The notes under the pieces were generated by a model that saw only the letters and a list, made by a program, of their open reading frames with translations, made no database searches and was not told the DNA's origin. Positions 17,357 to 27,276 of a stretch of 64,000 nucleotides of DNA are shown piece by piece. Position 1 is the first letter of the stretch; every line of letters begins with the position of its first letter. The stretch is from Candidatus Woesearchaeota archaeon (GTDB lineage: Archaea; Nanobdellota; Nanobdellia; Woesearchaeales; GW2011-AR9), in assembly GCA_945861715.1 (NCBI GenBank), contig CAMAVK010000004.1, forward strand, positions 784 through 64,783, read 5' to 3'. The translations under genes and the position numbers were made by a program.

Positions 17357-19033
17357 TTACATGTAATCTTCTTCTTCGCTGTTATGTTCTTTGTCATCTA
17401 GGGGTGTTTTTGGTTTACGTGTGAATTTGACCGCTTCTTGACTTTCATCGACTTCTCCTTTGAGTGATTCCATTTGGGCCATCTTTTCTACTATTGTTTC
17501 TTTTGCTGTCATTTCTTCTAGTTTGTCAATAAGCTCATTTTTATTTGCGCCAGTTAATCTTGCGAGGGCGTCTGCTACTTCTGGGATATATTTTTCAAAC
17601 ATATTTGCTCGTTCAAGGAGGGCTGCGGTTTTTTGCTTTTTATGGACATATGTTTGTAATTTTCGTCCTCCATCTTGGAGTGCAAGTTTGATTTCTTTTA
17701 TAATCTCAGGGTATGATGCGAGTGCTTCTTTGGATTCAGAGGTGAATGGAACCCATACTGATGCGATGTGGAGTAAGACAGTTAATGGACCAGTTGGAAG
17801 AGCTCCGTTGCTTTGTTGAAGGCCATATGGTTTCCAATTTGTGGTCACAACGGCTTTACTTAGTGCACATGCTCCTTGTTGGTAGAGTAGGGGTACTTTG
17901 TTTGCAAATCTAAATAGTGTTGCAAGTTCGTCTTTTGGTTGATTTCCACCATAGGCCATTCCCACTTCTATTTGAAATGGATTTCCTCGATAAACAAAAA
18001 CTGGTCTTGTGACGGCACAATAAAATTCCGCATTTATTTCTTTTTTGAGACTTTTTTCAAGTAATTCGTGTCCAATAGGGCTTAAACATTCTGTTGGAGG
18101 GGCTTGAATTTTACTTTTTTGAATTCCTTTGTATAATTGTTCAGCTTGTTCTCTGGACATTTTTTCGGGATTATTTGATGGTAATAGGGCTGAATTTTCA
18201 CAAATCTCTTTGGCAGTTCCGTCTGTTACTTTGGAGAATTCGATAATGAGAAATTCTTTGAGCGTTTTTGCTTTTGTTAAACTTAACATTTTGATTAAAC
18301 GACCAAGTTCTACTCCGTACGGGTGTGGTTTAATCTCTTTTGCTTCAGTTGGAAGGATGTCGGTTGCTCTGGAATAAATAGTTTGGGTTGCTTCTGGATT
18401 TGTATAAATAATTGTTAAGTGCGGATTGACAATTGCGGTTTGTTTGAGGTATTCATCTACTGATTGTCGTCCTTTTTGATAGGCGGAATCCATGTCTAAT
18501 TCTATTCTTATACCATGTGTTTTTCCGGGCCAATCAATGTCTCGTTCTTCGAGGATGATAGGATCATTTGTTTGGGTGTCTATTTTAAGTTTGATTAAGA
18601 ACGCTTCATTTGTACTTGCAATTTTTGATCGGATGGTTGCAGGTTTTCCACTGGTTAGTTGAGCGTAAAGAACGGCTGCTGAGATTCCAATACCTTGCTG
18701 ACCTCTTGTTTGGGAGAGTTTGTGAAATTTTGAACCGTATAATAATTTTGCAAATATTTTTGGAAGTTGTTTTTTGATAATTCCTGGACCATTATCTTCG
18801 ACGATGATTCGAAATCTTGTTTCTTCAAGTTGAATGAGCTCTACGTTTATTTCGGGTAGAATGCGCGCTTCTTCACATGCGTCCAGCGCGTTATCAACAG
18901 CTTCTTTGATGGTTGTTAATAGAGCTTTACGTGGGTTGTCAAAACCTAAGAGATGTCGGTTTTTTTCGAAGAACTCGGCTATGGAAATATCTCGTTGTTT
19001 TGTTGCTAATTCTTCAGCGCTCTTTTGAACCAT
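17357..19033 (-). CDS. top6B: DNA topoisomerase VI subunit B
   Basis: GHKL motifs [22 protein letters not shown] and [16 protein letters not shown], plus [15 protein letters not shown]. Confidence 0.98.
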   Translation of the reverse strand: MVQKSAEELATKQRDISIAEFFEKNRHLLGFDNPRKALLTTIKEAVDNALDACEEARILPEINVELIQLEETRFRIIVEDNGPGIIKKQLPKIFAKLLYGSKFHKLSQTRGQQGIGISAAVLYAQLTSGKPATIRSKIASTNEAFLIKLKIDTQTNDPIILEERDIDWPGKTHGIRIELDMDSAYQKGRQSVDEYLKQTAIVNPHLTIIYTNPEATQTIYSRATDILPTEAKEIKPHPYGVELGRLIKMLSLTKAKTLKEFLIIEFSKVTDGTAKEICENSALLPSNNPEKMSREQAEQLYKGIQKSKIQAPPTECLSPIGHELLEKSLKKEINAEFYCAVTRPVFVYRGNPFQIEVGMAYGGNQPKDELATLFRFANKVPLLYQQGACALSKAVVTTNWKPYGLQQSNGALPTGPLTVLLHIASVWVPFTSESKEALASYPEIIKEIKLALQDGGRKLQTYVHKKQKTAALLERANMFEKYIPEVADALARLTGANKNELIDKLEEMTAKETIVEKMAQMESLKGEVDESQEAVKFTRKPKTPLDDKEHNSEEEDYM

Positions 19034-19251
19034 GTGTTGGGTGGGATTGCGAGGGGTTTATAAAATTTTGTTTCGAGTAGTGGGTGAATATTTTTGGCGA
19101 ATTGAGCTTACTGAATGATTTGTCATGTTTTGTATTTAGAGTGAAATGTGGCGGTGATAGCGTCAATAAAAATGGCATTTGATTGGGTAATATTGAATGG
19201 ATATTGTTATTGATTAAGGTAATTTGATATCTCATTAGTTGTTAATTTGAT

Positions 19252-19791
19252 TCAACTTCCTTCAAACAGATTATCTTTACGGCGTTTTTCTAAGAATTGG
19301 TATACTGTTTTATGCATTGCACCGTTTACTAGCATAGCCATGGCTTCCCTTGCAGTTGATACGTTCATGGTGTCACCAATGATGGAAATTGTTTTTCCAT
19401 AAATTGAGATGTGGGTGTCAGTTAGGCGTTCTACTTCTTCACGTGCTTTTCCACCGGTTCCTATCACTCGTGATTTGAGACGTTCCATAACGTTTTTGTT
19501 TTTTCCTGCGGCGTCTTTTAGATTAATAATTTCTAATGTGTATTCAGTGTTGGTTAAGAGAAGAGCTGATTTTGGATTGAATCCTCTACCAATTGCTTGG
19601 ACCACTTCTCTAGCCGTGAAAAGGTTCATTCCGTCGTCACCAAGAATATTTACTTCACCTTCGGTTGTGATTTGAAGTTGAACTTTGAGTGCTTCTTCGA
19701 TTTCTTTTTTGGTTTCGCCTTTTGGGCCAATAAGTACTCCTACTCGTTCTTGTGGTATTTTTATGTCGTAGGAAAATTCGTCTGAAGCCAT
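19252..19791 (-). CDS. KH-domain rRNA processing protein (Dim2/Pno1/Krr1 family)
   Basis: Two KH GxxG motifs (LIGPKGETKK, VIGTGGKARE), AIGRGF and GAMHKTVY. It sits in the conserved rio1-KH-top6B order. Confidence 0.95.
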   Translation of the reverse strand: MASDEFSYDIKIPQERVGVLIGPKGETKKEIEEALKVQLQITTEGEVNILGDDGMNLFTAREVVQAIGRGFNPKSALLLTNTEYTLEIINLKDAAGKNKNVMERLKSRVIGTGGKAREEVERLTDTHISIYGKTISIIGDTMNVSTAREAMAMLVNGAMHKTVYQFLEKRRKDNLFEGS

Positions 19792-19871
19792 CTGTTCTTA
19801 CTTCTTTGCGATGACTTTTAAAGGTTTGGGTGGAGTTTTTGATAATTATTAAAAGTGTATTTAGAATAATC

Positions 19872-20651
19872 TCATACTAAATCTACTGGTCTGGATTTAT
19901 TTCGTTTTAGTTTTCGTGTTTCGGTGTCTTTTTGACGTGTGGCTCTGTCAGTCATCATTTGGTCGTAGATTTCTTGCGGGTCATTTTTTAGACCAAGTTT
20001 TTTGAAATGGTTACATACATTTTCAAGGTCACGTCTTAGAAGTTCTCGACAATTAGGTGTTTTTGTAAGAGTTGATTGTGAGAAGTCAATAAGAATTGGT
20101 TTTTCTTCATCGTTTAAGATGTTGAATGCTGAGAGGTCACCGTGCACGAGTCCTGCGATGTATAGTTTTTTAATTTGTACTATAGTTTGGTCAAAAAAAT
20201 CTTTGGGATTTTTTGGATCTTGATCTTTGAGAGTATTTGCAGGTTCGCCTTTTCCTACCATTTCTTCAATGAGAATATTTTGCATGAAATTGAGTGGTTT
20301 TGGTACGTTGATTTTTGCTGCGTAGGCTTTGTGGAGATTTTTGAATTCTCGTTGTGTCCATGCAAAAATGATTTGTCGTTTGTGACTTTTTAGATAATCA
20401 TACCGTGGATCTTTTCTAATATAATCATACATTCTGTTGAAGTCACAGTTTTGTAATCGGTAGATTTTAATGATGATATTTTTTCTTCCTTTTCTGGCTA
20501 CAAACACATTGGATTCCTTACCTACTTTGATGGGGATTAATGGTTCTTCAAAAACATCGCGTGACTGGAGTTCGAAGAGGTTTCGTTTGGTAAATTCGTC
20601 AAATACTCCTTTGTCTGTTTTGAATCGTTCCTGATATTTGAGAGTGACCAT
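19872..20651 (-). CDS. rio1: RIO1-type serine kinase/ATPase
   Basis: Motifs GKESNVF, IKIYR, WTQREFKNL, LVHGDLSAFNIL and IDFSQS. Confidence 0.96.
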   Translation of the reverse strand: MVTLKYQERFKTDKGVFDEFTKRNLFELQSRDVFEEPLIPIKVGKESNVFVARKGRKNIIIKIYRLQNCDFNRMYDYIRKDPRYDYLKSHKRQIIFAWTQREFKNLHKAYAAKINVPKPLNFMQNILIEEMVGKGEPANTLKDQDPKNPKDFFDQTIVQIKKLYIAGLVHGDLSAFNILNDEEKPILIDFSQSTLTKTPNCRELLRRDLENVCNHFKKLGLKNDPQEIYDQMMTDRATRQKDTETRKLKRNKSRPVDLV

Positions 20652-20833
20652 TTTTTTGTTTGATTCGTTGTTTGTGATGAATTGTTTGTATTGATTTGGT
20701 GGTGGTATGTGTATTGATATATGTATTGATATAGATGTTAGTATGGTGACTTCTTTTTAAAGTGATTGTTCTAGATATTTTTGTAGAGATTTCTTCTAGA
20801 TTTTCTTTTGGAATATTTTTTGAGAGTATAGGA

Positions 20834-23335
20834 TTATATCAGATTTAATTGTTGGTTTTGGGCCAATATTCTTTTGATGTCTGCAAATGTTCGTTCTGCT
20901 TTGGTTTGATATATATCTAAAGCAGGTGGATGTCCTTCATTTATTGGCCTTAGTATGGCACGGACTCCGGTTGTTGATTTGGTTGTGTGTATATGTTGTG
21001 TTCCAGCGGCGTAGGTTACGTACATGCTGGGGGGGTAGGGGTTGATTATTTTGTCATGCAGTTCTATGAGGTAGGCGTGTGCATAGATGTCTTTTGTTTG
21101 ACTTAGTATGACTTCGAGTTCTTTTTTTGCATCCGGTGAGAAATGGTCATGAATTCGATGTTTCATTTGTTGGAATGCTATTTTTGTTTCCGATGAGGCA
21201 GTGGAGGTGTTTAGGATTTGGTTGAATTCTTCTTTATAGAAACTTCGTGTTTTTTGAGTGATATAGTATGCTGCAATTGGGAGTTGTCCTGTATAATATT
21301 GTTCGAGTTGTTCGTTTAAGTTGTGGAGTATTTTTGGGTGTGACTCATGGTTGAAGAATTGGTCAATGATGGCTTGAAGTGTAACTTTTTCAAAATCTGT
21401 GCGGGTGTGAAAGGTTGCGTTTATTCCTTGATATATTCTTGGATATGGTGTTTGTGCTGCTAAGTTTATGGGGTGTGGATCCGTTACGAATCGGCCCGGT
21501 GAGAGGGATAGTACTGGGCCTGAACCCAGGTATACTCCCATTCCATTTTTTTCTAATGTACTGGCGTCAATTTCTTTTTCTAGCAGGTAGAGAAGAGGAC
21601 TTGAATTGATGTAGCCTTGTTGCTGAATTCTTGCATGCACACGTTGAATGTTGGTTGTGAGGTTAGTCATGAAGTTTTGTATTTGTTGAGGTTTGAGGCC
21701 GTAACGTTTGCTTAGATTTCGTAGCGCGTTGGTGATTTCGTCAGTTGGGACTTTGGTTTTGAGTCTGGTTGCTTGTTCAAATAATGGTCTTGTGATTTCT
21801 TGAAGGCTGTTGAAATAATCCATTTTTATTATTGGGTCGTTGGTTTCTTGCGCTGCGCGGTATAGGGTGGTGTTTTGCAGAAATTCTTGTGCTGCGTGGA
21901 GCGCGGGCGTTAGTGATATCACATATGCCGTTTCTATGAAACCTTGTTTGAATTTGAGTGCTTGTGTTGTTGTTGTTTTTTGGGTATGCGGGTGTGTTGT
22001 TTTTTCTTGGTTTGGTGTTGTCGTTGTTTTTTGTTCAATAGTTTTTTGTGTGTGGGTTAAGATTGCATTATGGATATATTCTTTCGCGGGGATATTTCGA
22101 ATTCCTGTGTGAATATTTTTTCTAGAAGGGTATCCTTTGGTGTAGAAATGTTGGCGTTCAAGAAAATCGTTTACAATGGTAGGATGTGATGTTGCACTGA
22201 TTGTATCGGGGTCTCGGCCGAAAAAATGAGCGAGGTTAGCCACGATTGGACGTATTTCAAGGGCGAGGTTTTGTGCGTGAATGCCATCCATGATACAATA
22301 TGTTGCGAGGGTTTCGAAAACCTGCTGGTTCCCTGCTTTTGCTTGAGCTAGAAGAATTTCTTGTTCGTCATAGTCTATGGTTTTTTCGAACCCTACTAAT
22401 GTTTCTAGTTTTGTGTTTTGAAATAAGGATCGGTGATTTTTTGCAAATTTGTGTGTGTCAAGGGTGAAGCGTCCTTGTGTTATTACTTTTCCTAAGCCTT
22501 GCACTGATTTGATAAGGGGGCGTTTTCCTTGCGTTCCTGGAGTGTAAGTTTTTGTGATGTTTCTTATTTTGATTTGGTCAAAAGACATGATGTTGTGGCC
22601 AAAGATCCATAAGGGGTCGTCAGTGTGTATCAGTTCGGTTAGAATTTCTCCGAGGTCCTGCTGCGTGCGATATCGGAGGAGGGTTATGTTTTCTAGATCA
22701 GGGCTCTTGTTTGCTTGTTGAATGGTTCTTAATTGTGTTTGGTTGAAGGGGAGATTGTGGAGGAGAATGTGGTGATTTTGTGAGAGGTAGATGGCCATGA
22801 AAATTTGGTCTTTTCCTTGTTTCCATCCATCGAGCTCGATGTCTAATGTGACATGTGTGTCGTTGATTATGGATTCTATTGGTGGGTGGAGGTTGTATTG
22901 GGGTGGGGTGATTATTGTGGGTGGAAGATGCGAGGGGTTTTCTATGGTGGTACAGGGTGGGTAGAGGTAGCGAAGATAGGTACTTGGGGGATATTGTAGA
23001 TGTCGGGTGTGGTATGATGGGTTTTTCGTTACGAATGGTGCGTCAAGAAGGGTTTTTGTGTCCTTTGCTGTATCTAAGGTAAGAATGCGATTTGGATAAT
23101 ATGGGATTTCATTGGTTGTGTATGGAGTGCCTTTGAGGAATTCTTGAAGTGATGTTTTGAGTTTGGTTGCTTCTATATCTGAAATTGGACTTGTGAAAAA
23201 ACGATGAGGGATGTTGGCAAGGAGGTGATACGTTGCACCAATCATTGTTTTAGGATTGAATTCTCGAATGGTGATTATTGTTTGGTCGCCTTTGATTGGG
23301 TGGGTTGGACGAATATTTGTAATGTACCAATGCAT
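20834..23335 (-). CDS. Family-B DNA polymerase homolog: intact 3'-5' exonuclease motifs, apparently inactivated polymerase
   Basis: ExoI LDIELD, ExoII GHNIMSFD, ExoIII YCIMD, and thumb-like RTDFEK and YVTY...LDIY. No DFxSLYP, KxxxNSxYG or YGDTDS is present. Confidence 0.8.
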   Translation of the reverse strand: MHWYITNIRPTHPIKGDQTIITIREFNPKTMIGATYHLLANIPHRFFTSPISDIEATKLKTSLQEFLKGTPYTTNEIPYYPNRILTLDTAKDTKTLLDAPFVTKNPSYHTRHLQYPPSTYLRYLYPPCTTIENPSHLPPTIITPPQYNLHPPIESIINDTHVTLDIELDGWKQGKDQIFMAIYLSQNHHILLHNLPFNQTQLRTIQQANKSPDLENITLLRYRTQQDLGEILTELIHTDDPLWIFGHNIMSFDQIKIRNITKTYTPGTQGKRPLIKSVQGLGKVITQGRFTLDTHKFAKNHRSLFQNTKLETLVGFEKTIDYDEQEILLAQAKAGNQQVFETLATYCIMDGIHAQNLALEIRPIVANLAHFFGRDPDTISATSHPTIVNDFLERQHFYTKGYPSRKNIHTGIRNIPAKEYIHNAILTHTQKTIEQKTTTTPNQEKTTHPHTQKTTTTQALKFKQGFIETAYVISLTPALHAAQEFLQNTTLYRAAQETNDPIIKMDYFNSLQEITRPLFEQATRLKTKVPTDEITNALRNLSKRYGLKPQQIQNFMTNLTTNIQRVHARIQQQGYINSSPLLYLLEKEIDASTLEKNGMGVYLGSGPVLSLSPGRFVTDPHPINLAAQTPYPRIYQGINATFHTRTDFEKVTLQAIIDQFFNHESHPKILHNLNEQLEQYYTGQLPIAAYYITQKTRSFYKEEFNQILNTSTASSETKIAFQQMKHRIHDHFSPDAKKELEVILSQTKDIYAHAYLIELHDKIINPYPPSMYVTYAAGTQHIHTTKSTTGVRAILRPINEGHPPALDIYQTKAERTFADIKRILAQNQQLNLI

Positions 23336-23679
23336 GTTATGTATAATGATTTCATTTTAAACTGGATTTGTGGTTTTGGAAAGATATTTCATAGCAAGCA
23401 TGTTTTAAGCAAATGAGGATTAGTTAGTACTTGAAAGTGACATATTTAGCAAAAGATTTATATAGTCGTTGTCTTTTGATAGTAGTTAACACCTAAAAAC
23501 CACCTCTTTTCCTCGGCGAACTGATTTATTAGTTTGCTGGGGTTTTTCCTATTTTTCTTGCTTTGTGATTTATTGTCAATCACTTCATTTTTACCTTTGA
23601 TTCACCAAATAAAGTTATATTTTGGTTTTTTCTATTTTGTACCGACACATTTATATAATAGGCTTTATTATACTCGTTT

Positions 23680-23757
23680 GCCCGGCACAGAGAGTACCTG
23701 TGGGAGCCTACGGCATGGTCCAAGTCATGAACGCAGGGGTTAGTGGTGCGGGCGTCA
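23680..23757 (+). ncRNA. Putative small structured RNA (long hairpin, H/ACA-guide-like architecture)
   Basis: GC-rich island in an AT-rich spacer. Pairings gcccg-gcac/gtgcgggc and cctgtg/cgcagg. TATA-like TTTATATA at 23650-23657. Confidence 0.5.
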
Positions 23758-24128
23758 TTTACCAAATATCCATAGTTACATTGTATAATTAGATTGACAT
23801 TTTTCAGTTTGGTTATACGATAATAAAAATAACAAATTTGTTTCGATTACGATATGTTGTTGTCATTGCTTGCAAAAAAAATAAATCCTTATCACATTCA
23901 TCATATATCATTGTAGTTCGTTTAGGTTAGTGTCAAGACGGTTAGAATTGGTATAGCTAGGTTTATTTTTTCTGGAAGTACTTTGTGGATTGTTTGGTTT
24001 ATGAAGGTATGGTTAGAACTATACCTATTAAACCGATTACACATGAGTATAATTTTGATTCATTTCCGTTAAGAGATGTTTTCATATTGTTTCATTAAAA
24101 TTTCGAGCAAGAGCTCGTGGAGGACTTT

Positions 24129-25610
24129 ATGGCAAAGATTAGCCCAGTTGCGGCAAAATATATTGTACATTCAACTATCACTATTGATGGTATTGTAGAT
24201 CGACCAGATGTTATTGGTGCGATTTTTGGACAAACTGAGGGATTGCTTGGTGCAGACTTAGAATTACGTGAGTTGCAGCGAAGTGGTCGAATTGGACGTA
24301 TTGAAGTTAATATGAATACGGTTTCTGGTAAGACAACTGGTGAGATTATTATACCAAGTAGTTTAGATAAGACTGAGACAGCAATTGTTGCGGCTGCTCT
24401 TGAGATTATTCAACGTATTGGTCCGTGTAACGCGAAAATTGAAGTTCATAAGATTGAAGATGTTCGTACATCGAAGCGACAATTCGTTATTGAAAGAGCT
24501 AAGGAACTTCTTCGTGAGCTTACTGAGGAAACTCTTCCAGATTCGCAAGAAATTGCAGATGAAGTTGCTCAATCAGTTCGTATGATGGAAGTAGGCGAAT
24601 ATGGTAAGGAACGACTTGCGTGTGGCCCGGCTATTGAAGAAAGCGATGAGGTTATTCTTGTTGAAGGTCGAGCAGATGTATTGAATCTATTAAAACATGG
24701 TTTCAAGAACGTTATTGCAATGAATGGAACGTCTGCTCCACAGACGATTCGTGAACTTAGTCGACGAAAGACGATTACCGTGTTTGTTGATGGGGATCGT
24801 GGCGGAGATTTAATTGTTCGTGAATTGCTTGCGAATGCAGAAATTGATTTCGTTACCAAAGCACCAGATGGGAAAGAAGTTGAAGAACTGGCGAAAAAGG
24901 AAATTCATAAAGCGATTCGTTCACGGATTACCGCTGAACAAGCTAAGATGGATTTGGGTATTGATGAGCATGGTCAACTTAAAGATCAAGAGGAAACTCT
25001 TCGACATCAACCTTTTAGAACGCAAAAGAATGTTGGGTCAGTTCAAATTAACCCGAATTACCACGCTCAAGCTGGTTCTGCTCCATCGCATTCACCAGTT
25101 GGTCAAATGGGATATGCTGCTCATTCTGCGCAGGGTATGGTTGCTGCAGTAAAGAAAACTGAGAAAGTTGATTCTACTCCAATGGTTGCTCCTGTAAAGC
25201 CGCAATCGAGTGTTGCTGTGAATTCTTCTCGAAGCGTTGGTGGGCCAGTTGTTCCTAATGGTGCTTCTCGACCCCGTGAGATGATTAAGGAAGTTGTTGT
25301 TCCTAAGAAGGCGGGTTTGTCTGATGAGGAAAAGAAGTTGTTTAAAGCAACACTTGAAGATATGTTTGGAACTCGAGGAGCTTGCATATTTGATCATAAA
25401 CTTGCAATTCTTGGAAAAGTTCCTTTGTCTGAACTTCCATCTACTATTAAGAGTTTGAATGGCGGTGTGTATGCTATTGCTCTTGATGGCGCGGTTGAAA
25501 CTGAACTTGTTAAGTTAGCTGAGAAGATTAACGTAACTTATCTTGTGTGTTCAAGTTCAAAGAATAAGGATCCAACGAAGATTCAGATTTTAACAGAAGA
25601 TAAGTTGTAG
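24129..25610 (+). CDS. dnaG: Archaeal DnaG (bacterial-type primase, exosome-associated)
   Basis: Motifs GIVDRPDVIGAIFGQTEGLLG, LRELQRSGRIGRI, TOPRIM ILVEGRADVLNL and FVDGDRGG, and APDGKEVEEL. Confidence 0.97.
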   Translation: MAKISPVAAKYIVHSTITIDGIVDRPDVIGAIFGQTEGLLGADLELRELQRSGRIGRIEVNMNTVSGKTTGEIIIPSSLDKTETAIVAAALEIIQRIGPCNAKIEVHKIEDVRTSKRQFVIERAKELLRELTEETLPDSQEIADEVAQSVRMMEVGEYGKERLACGPAIEESDEVILVEGRADVLNLLKHGFKNVIAMNGTSAPQTIRELSRRKTITVFVDGDRGGDLIVRELLANAEIDFVTKAPDGKEVEELAKKEIHKAIRSRITAEQAKMDLGIDEHGQLKDQEETLRHQPFRTQKNVGSVQINPNYHAQAGSAPSHSPVGQMGYAAHSAQGMVAAVKKTEKVDSTPMVAPVKPQSSVAVNSSRSVGGPVVPNGASRPREMIKEVVVPKKAGLSDEEKKLFKATLEDMFGTRGACIFDHKLAILGKVPLSELPSTIKSLNGGVYAIALDGAVETELVKLAEKINVTYLVCSSSKNKDPTKIQILTEDKL

Positions 25611-25721
25611 GAGTTTGATTGTTTTTTTTTAATTTTTTCTTTGATTTTTTTGTTAAAGTTTTCTTAAGAATTAATTTTATTTTCCTTGTTTTTGTACAAA
25701 AATTAAAAAGAAAAAAAATGA

Positions 25722-26429
25722 TTAGTTAAATCGACTCTTGCAGAGGATATCAAAGTTTATTACGTACATCCCGCCTGCAAAATTTTGTTGTACGATATTT
25801 CGGAAGATAATTTTTGTTCCATCTGCTAATGTGTGACTTTCTCCAATAGCTAAATTGAATTGTTCTCCATCCATCCAAAATTGCCATTGATTCTGTAATG
25901 TTATCGGATCAAAATTGCTGGGTGCTAGGTCGGTTGCTTTGATTAGATATCCTTTAGCACATGCTTTCTCTAATGTGAACTGAAATCTTCTGATTCCGCC
26001 CGCATAGGCTTGATATAAACCATCTTGGAGGGTGACTTGAAATCCTGAGGGTGATACATATCGATATCCAGTTGGGAGAGATAACGTATCTTGTTCATTA
26101 TTGATGGAGAGACTCATTTGAAAATCATTTCCTGCTTGTGGTGTTGGTTCAAATGCTGCGGTGATTTCATAATATTTTAATTCAGCAGGACAGGTTGGGC
26201 ATTTTGTCTTTTGGAGATTTAATTGTTGTCCTGCTTTGATTGCTTGACCTGCGAATGCGGTATCGTCTGTATTTGCTGATACTTCTAAGGATGCTTGTTG
26301 TGGTCTAGTATTGACAAATACGATTGCGATTATTGCTACGACTGCGACTATTCCGATTATCCAAACAATGTGACTCGTGCTTGTTGTTTTTGGTTGCTCT
26401 TTTTTGGATTTAACTTTTGATTTTGGCAT
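25722..26429 (-). CDS. Membrane-anchored extracellular protein
   Basis: Basic N-terminus, one TM helix (IVWIIGIVAVVAIIAIVFV), beta-rich remainder containing CPTC. SD-like gaggtg upstream. Confidence 0.7.
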   Translation of the reverse strand: MPKSKVKSKKEQPKTTSTSHIVWIIGIVAVVAIIAIVFVNTRPQQASLEVSANTDDTAFAGQAIKAGQQLNLQKTKCPTCPAELKYYEITAAFEPTPQAGNDFQMSLSINNEQDTLSLPTGYRYVSPSGFQVTLQDGLYQAYAGGIRRFQFTLEKACAKGYLIKATDLAPSNFDPITLQNQWQFWMDGEQFNLAIGESHTLADGTKIIFRNIVQQNFAGGMYVINFDILCKSRFN

Positions 26430-26616
26430 TAGTATGCACCTCTTTTTGGGAGAAGTAGGGGAAGTTTCGTTATAAAGATTTTTTACCCCCCCCAGGATTA
26501 AAAATTGATTTGGAGGGTGGTTTTTGATATAATTTGATCTTTTAGTTGTTACTTTTTTTGTATTTTTTCAAATATTTAGGGTAAGATTTATATGTTTAAT
26601 ATATTTTAAGTAATAT

Positions 26617-27273
26617 ATGATTATTTATAATCCTCGTAGTCAGCGATTGTTGGAAAAGCGTGTGAAGGTCGTGGAAGACATGTTTTCTCAAACGGGGGTT
26701 CCCCATTGTTTTGTCTCTGGATCATTTTTGTATAAAGAAAAATATGGCGATATTGATATTTTTGTTGTGAGTCGCACAAAGAAAAAAATTACATTCGATA
26801 ATTCAAAGGTTAATTTGACCGTTATTGATTTTAATGATCTTTCCTCTTTGTTTTATTATTCTGTTTCTAAGAGTTGTATCGCAAAAAATATTCTTCCAAA
26901 ACATACTTTGAAAGTGACACTTTCTGATTATTGGCATGTAATTAATGAAGCAATTCCTACTATTTTTAATCAGAAGGATATGTATCATAAAGATATTCGT
27001 TTTCTTATTCTTTATACTGAATATTTTAAGACGGGAAACGTGTTGGATACGTTCGAGTTGACACAGAAAATTGATTCTTTTCAAGGTTATGTTGATGTTT
27101 TGAATTATGTTCGTTGTGAGGTTCCTTTTATTTTTGCCAAGGGGGCTAAAATTTCCTATTTGAAACGTTTTTTTTATACCCAGGCTGGTTTCTATAAGGA
27201 TATGCGAGATTATAAGGCACAGGATTTCTTATATACTTTAACACATGAAATTGTTCTTGGTCGGGAGGTGTAG
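26617..27273 (+). CDS. Nucleotidyltransferase (Pol beta superfamily, MNT-like) with helical C-terminal domain
   Basis: FVSGSFLYKEKYGDIDIFVV matches the GS...DxD signature. Confidence 0.8.
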   Translation: MIIYNPRSQRLLEKRVKVVEDMFSQTGVPHCFVSGSFLYKEKYGDIDIFVVSRTKKKITFDNSKVNLTVIDFNDLSSLFYYSVSKSCIAKNILPKHTLKVTLSDYWHVINEAIPTIFNQKDMYHKDIRFLILYTEYFKTGNVLDTFELTQKIDSFQGYVDVLNYVRCEVPFIFAKGAKISYLKRFFYTQAGFYKDMRDYKAQDFLYTLTHEIVLGREV

Positions 27274-27276
27274 TGT

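Noticed and set aside
23680-23757. tRNA or 5S rRNA identity for the small GC-rich element
   Set aside because: It has no T-loop (GTTCRA), no cloverleaf and no 5S loop-C CCGAAC motif on either strand.
23336-24128. Replication origin in the long intergenic region
   Set aside because: No repeated ORB-like elements, no adjacent cdc6/orc1, and no visible skew reversal.
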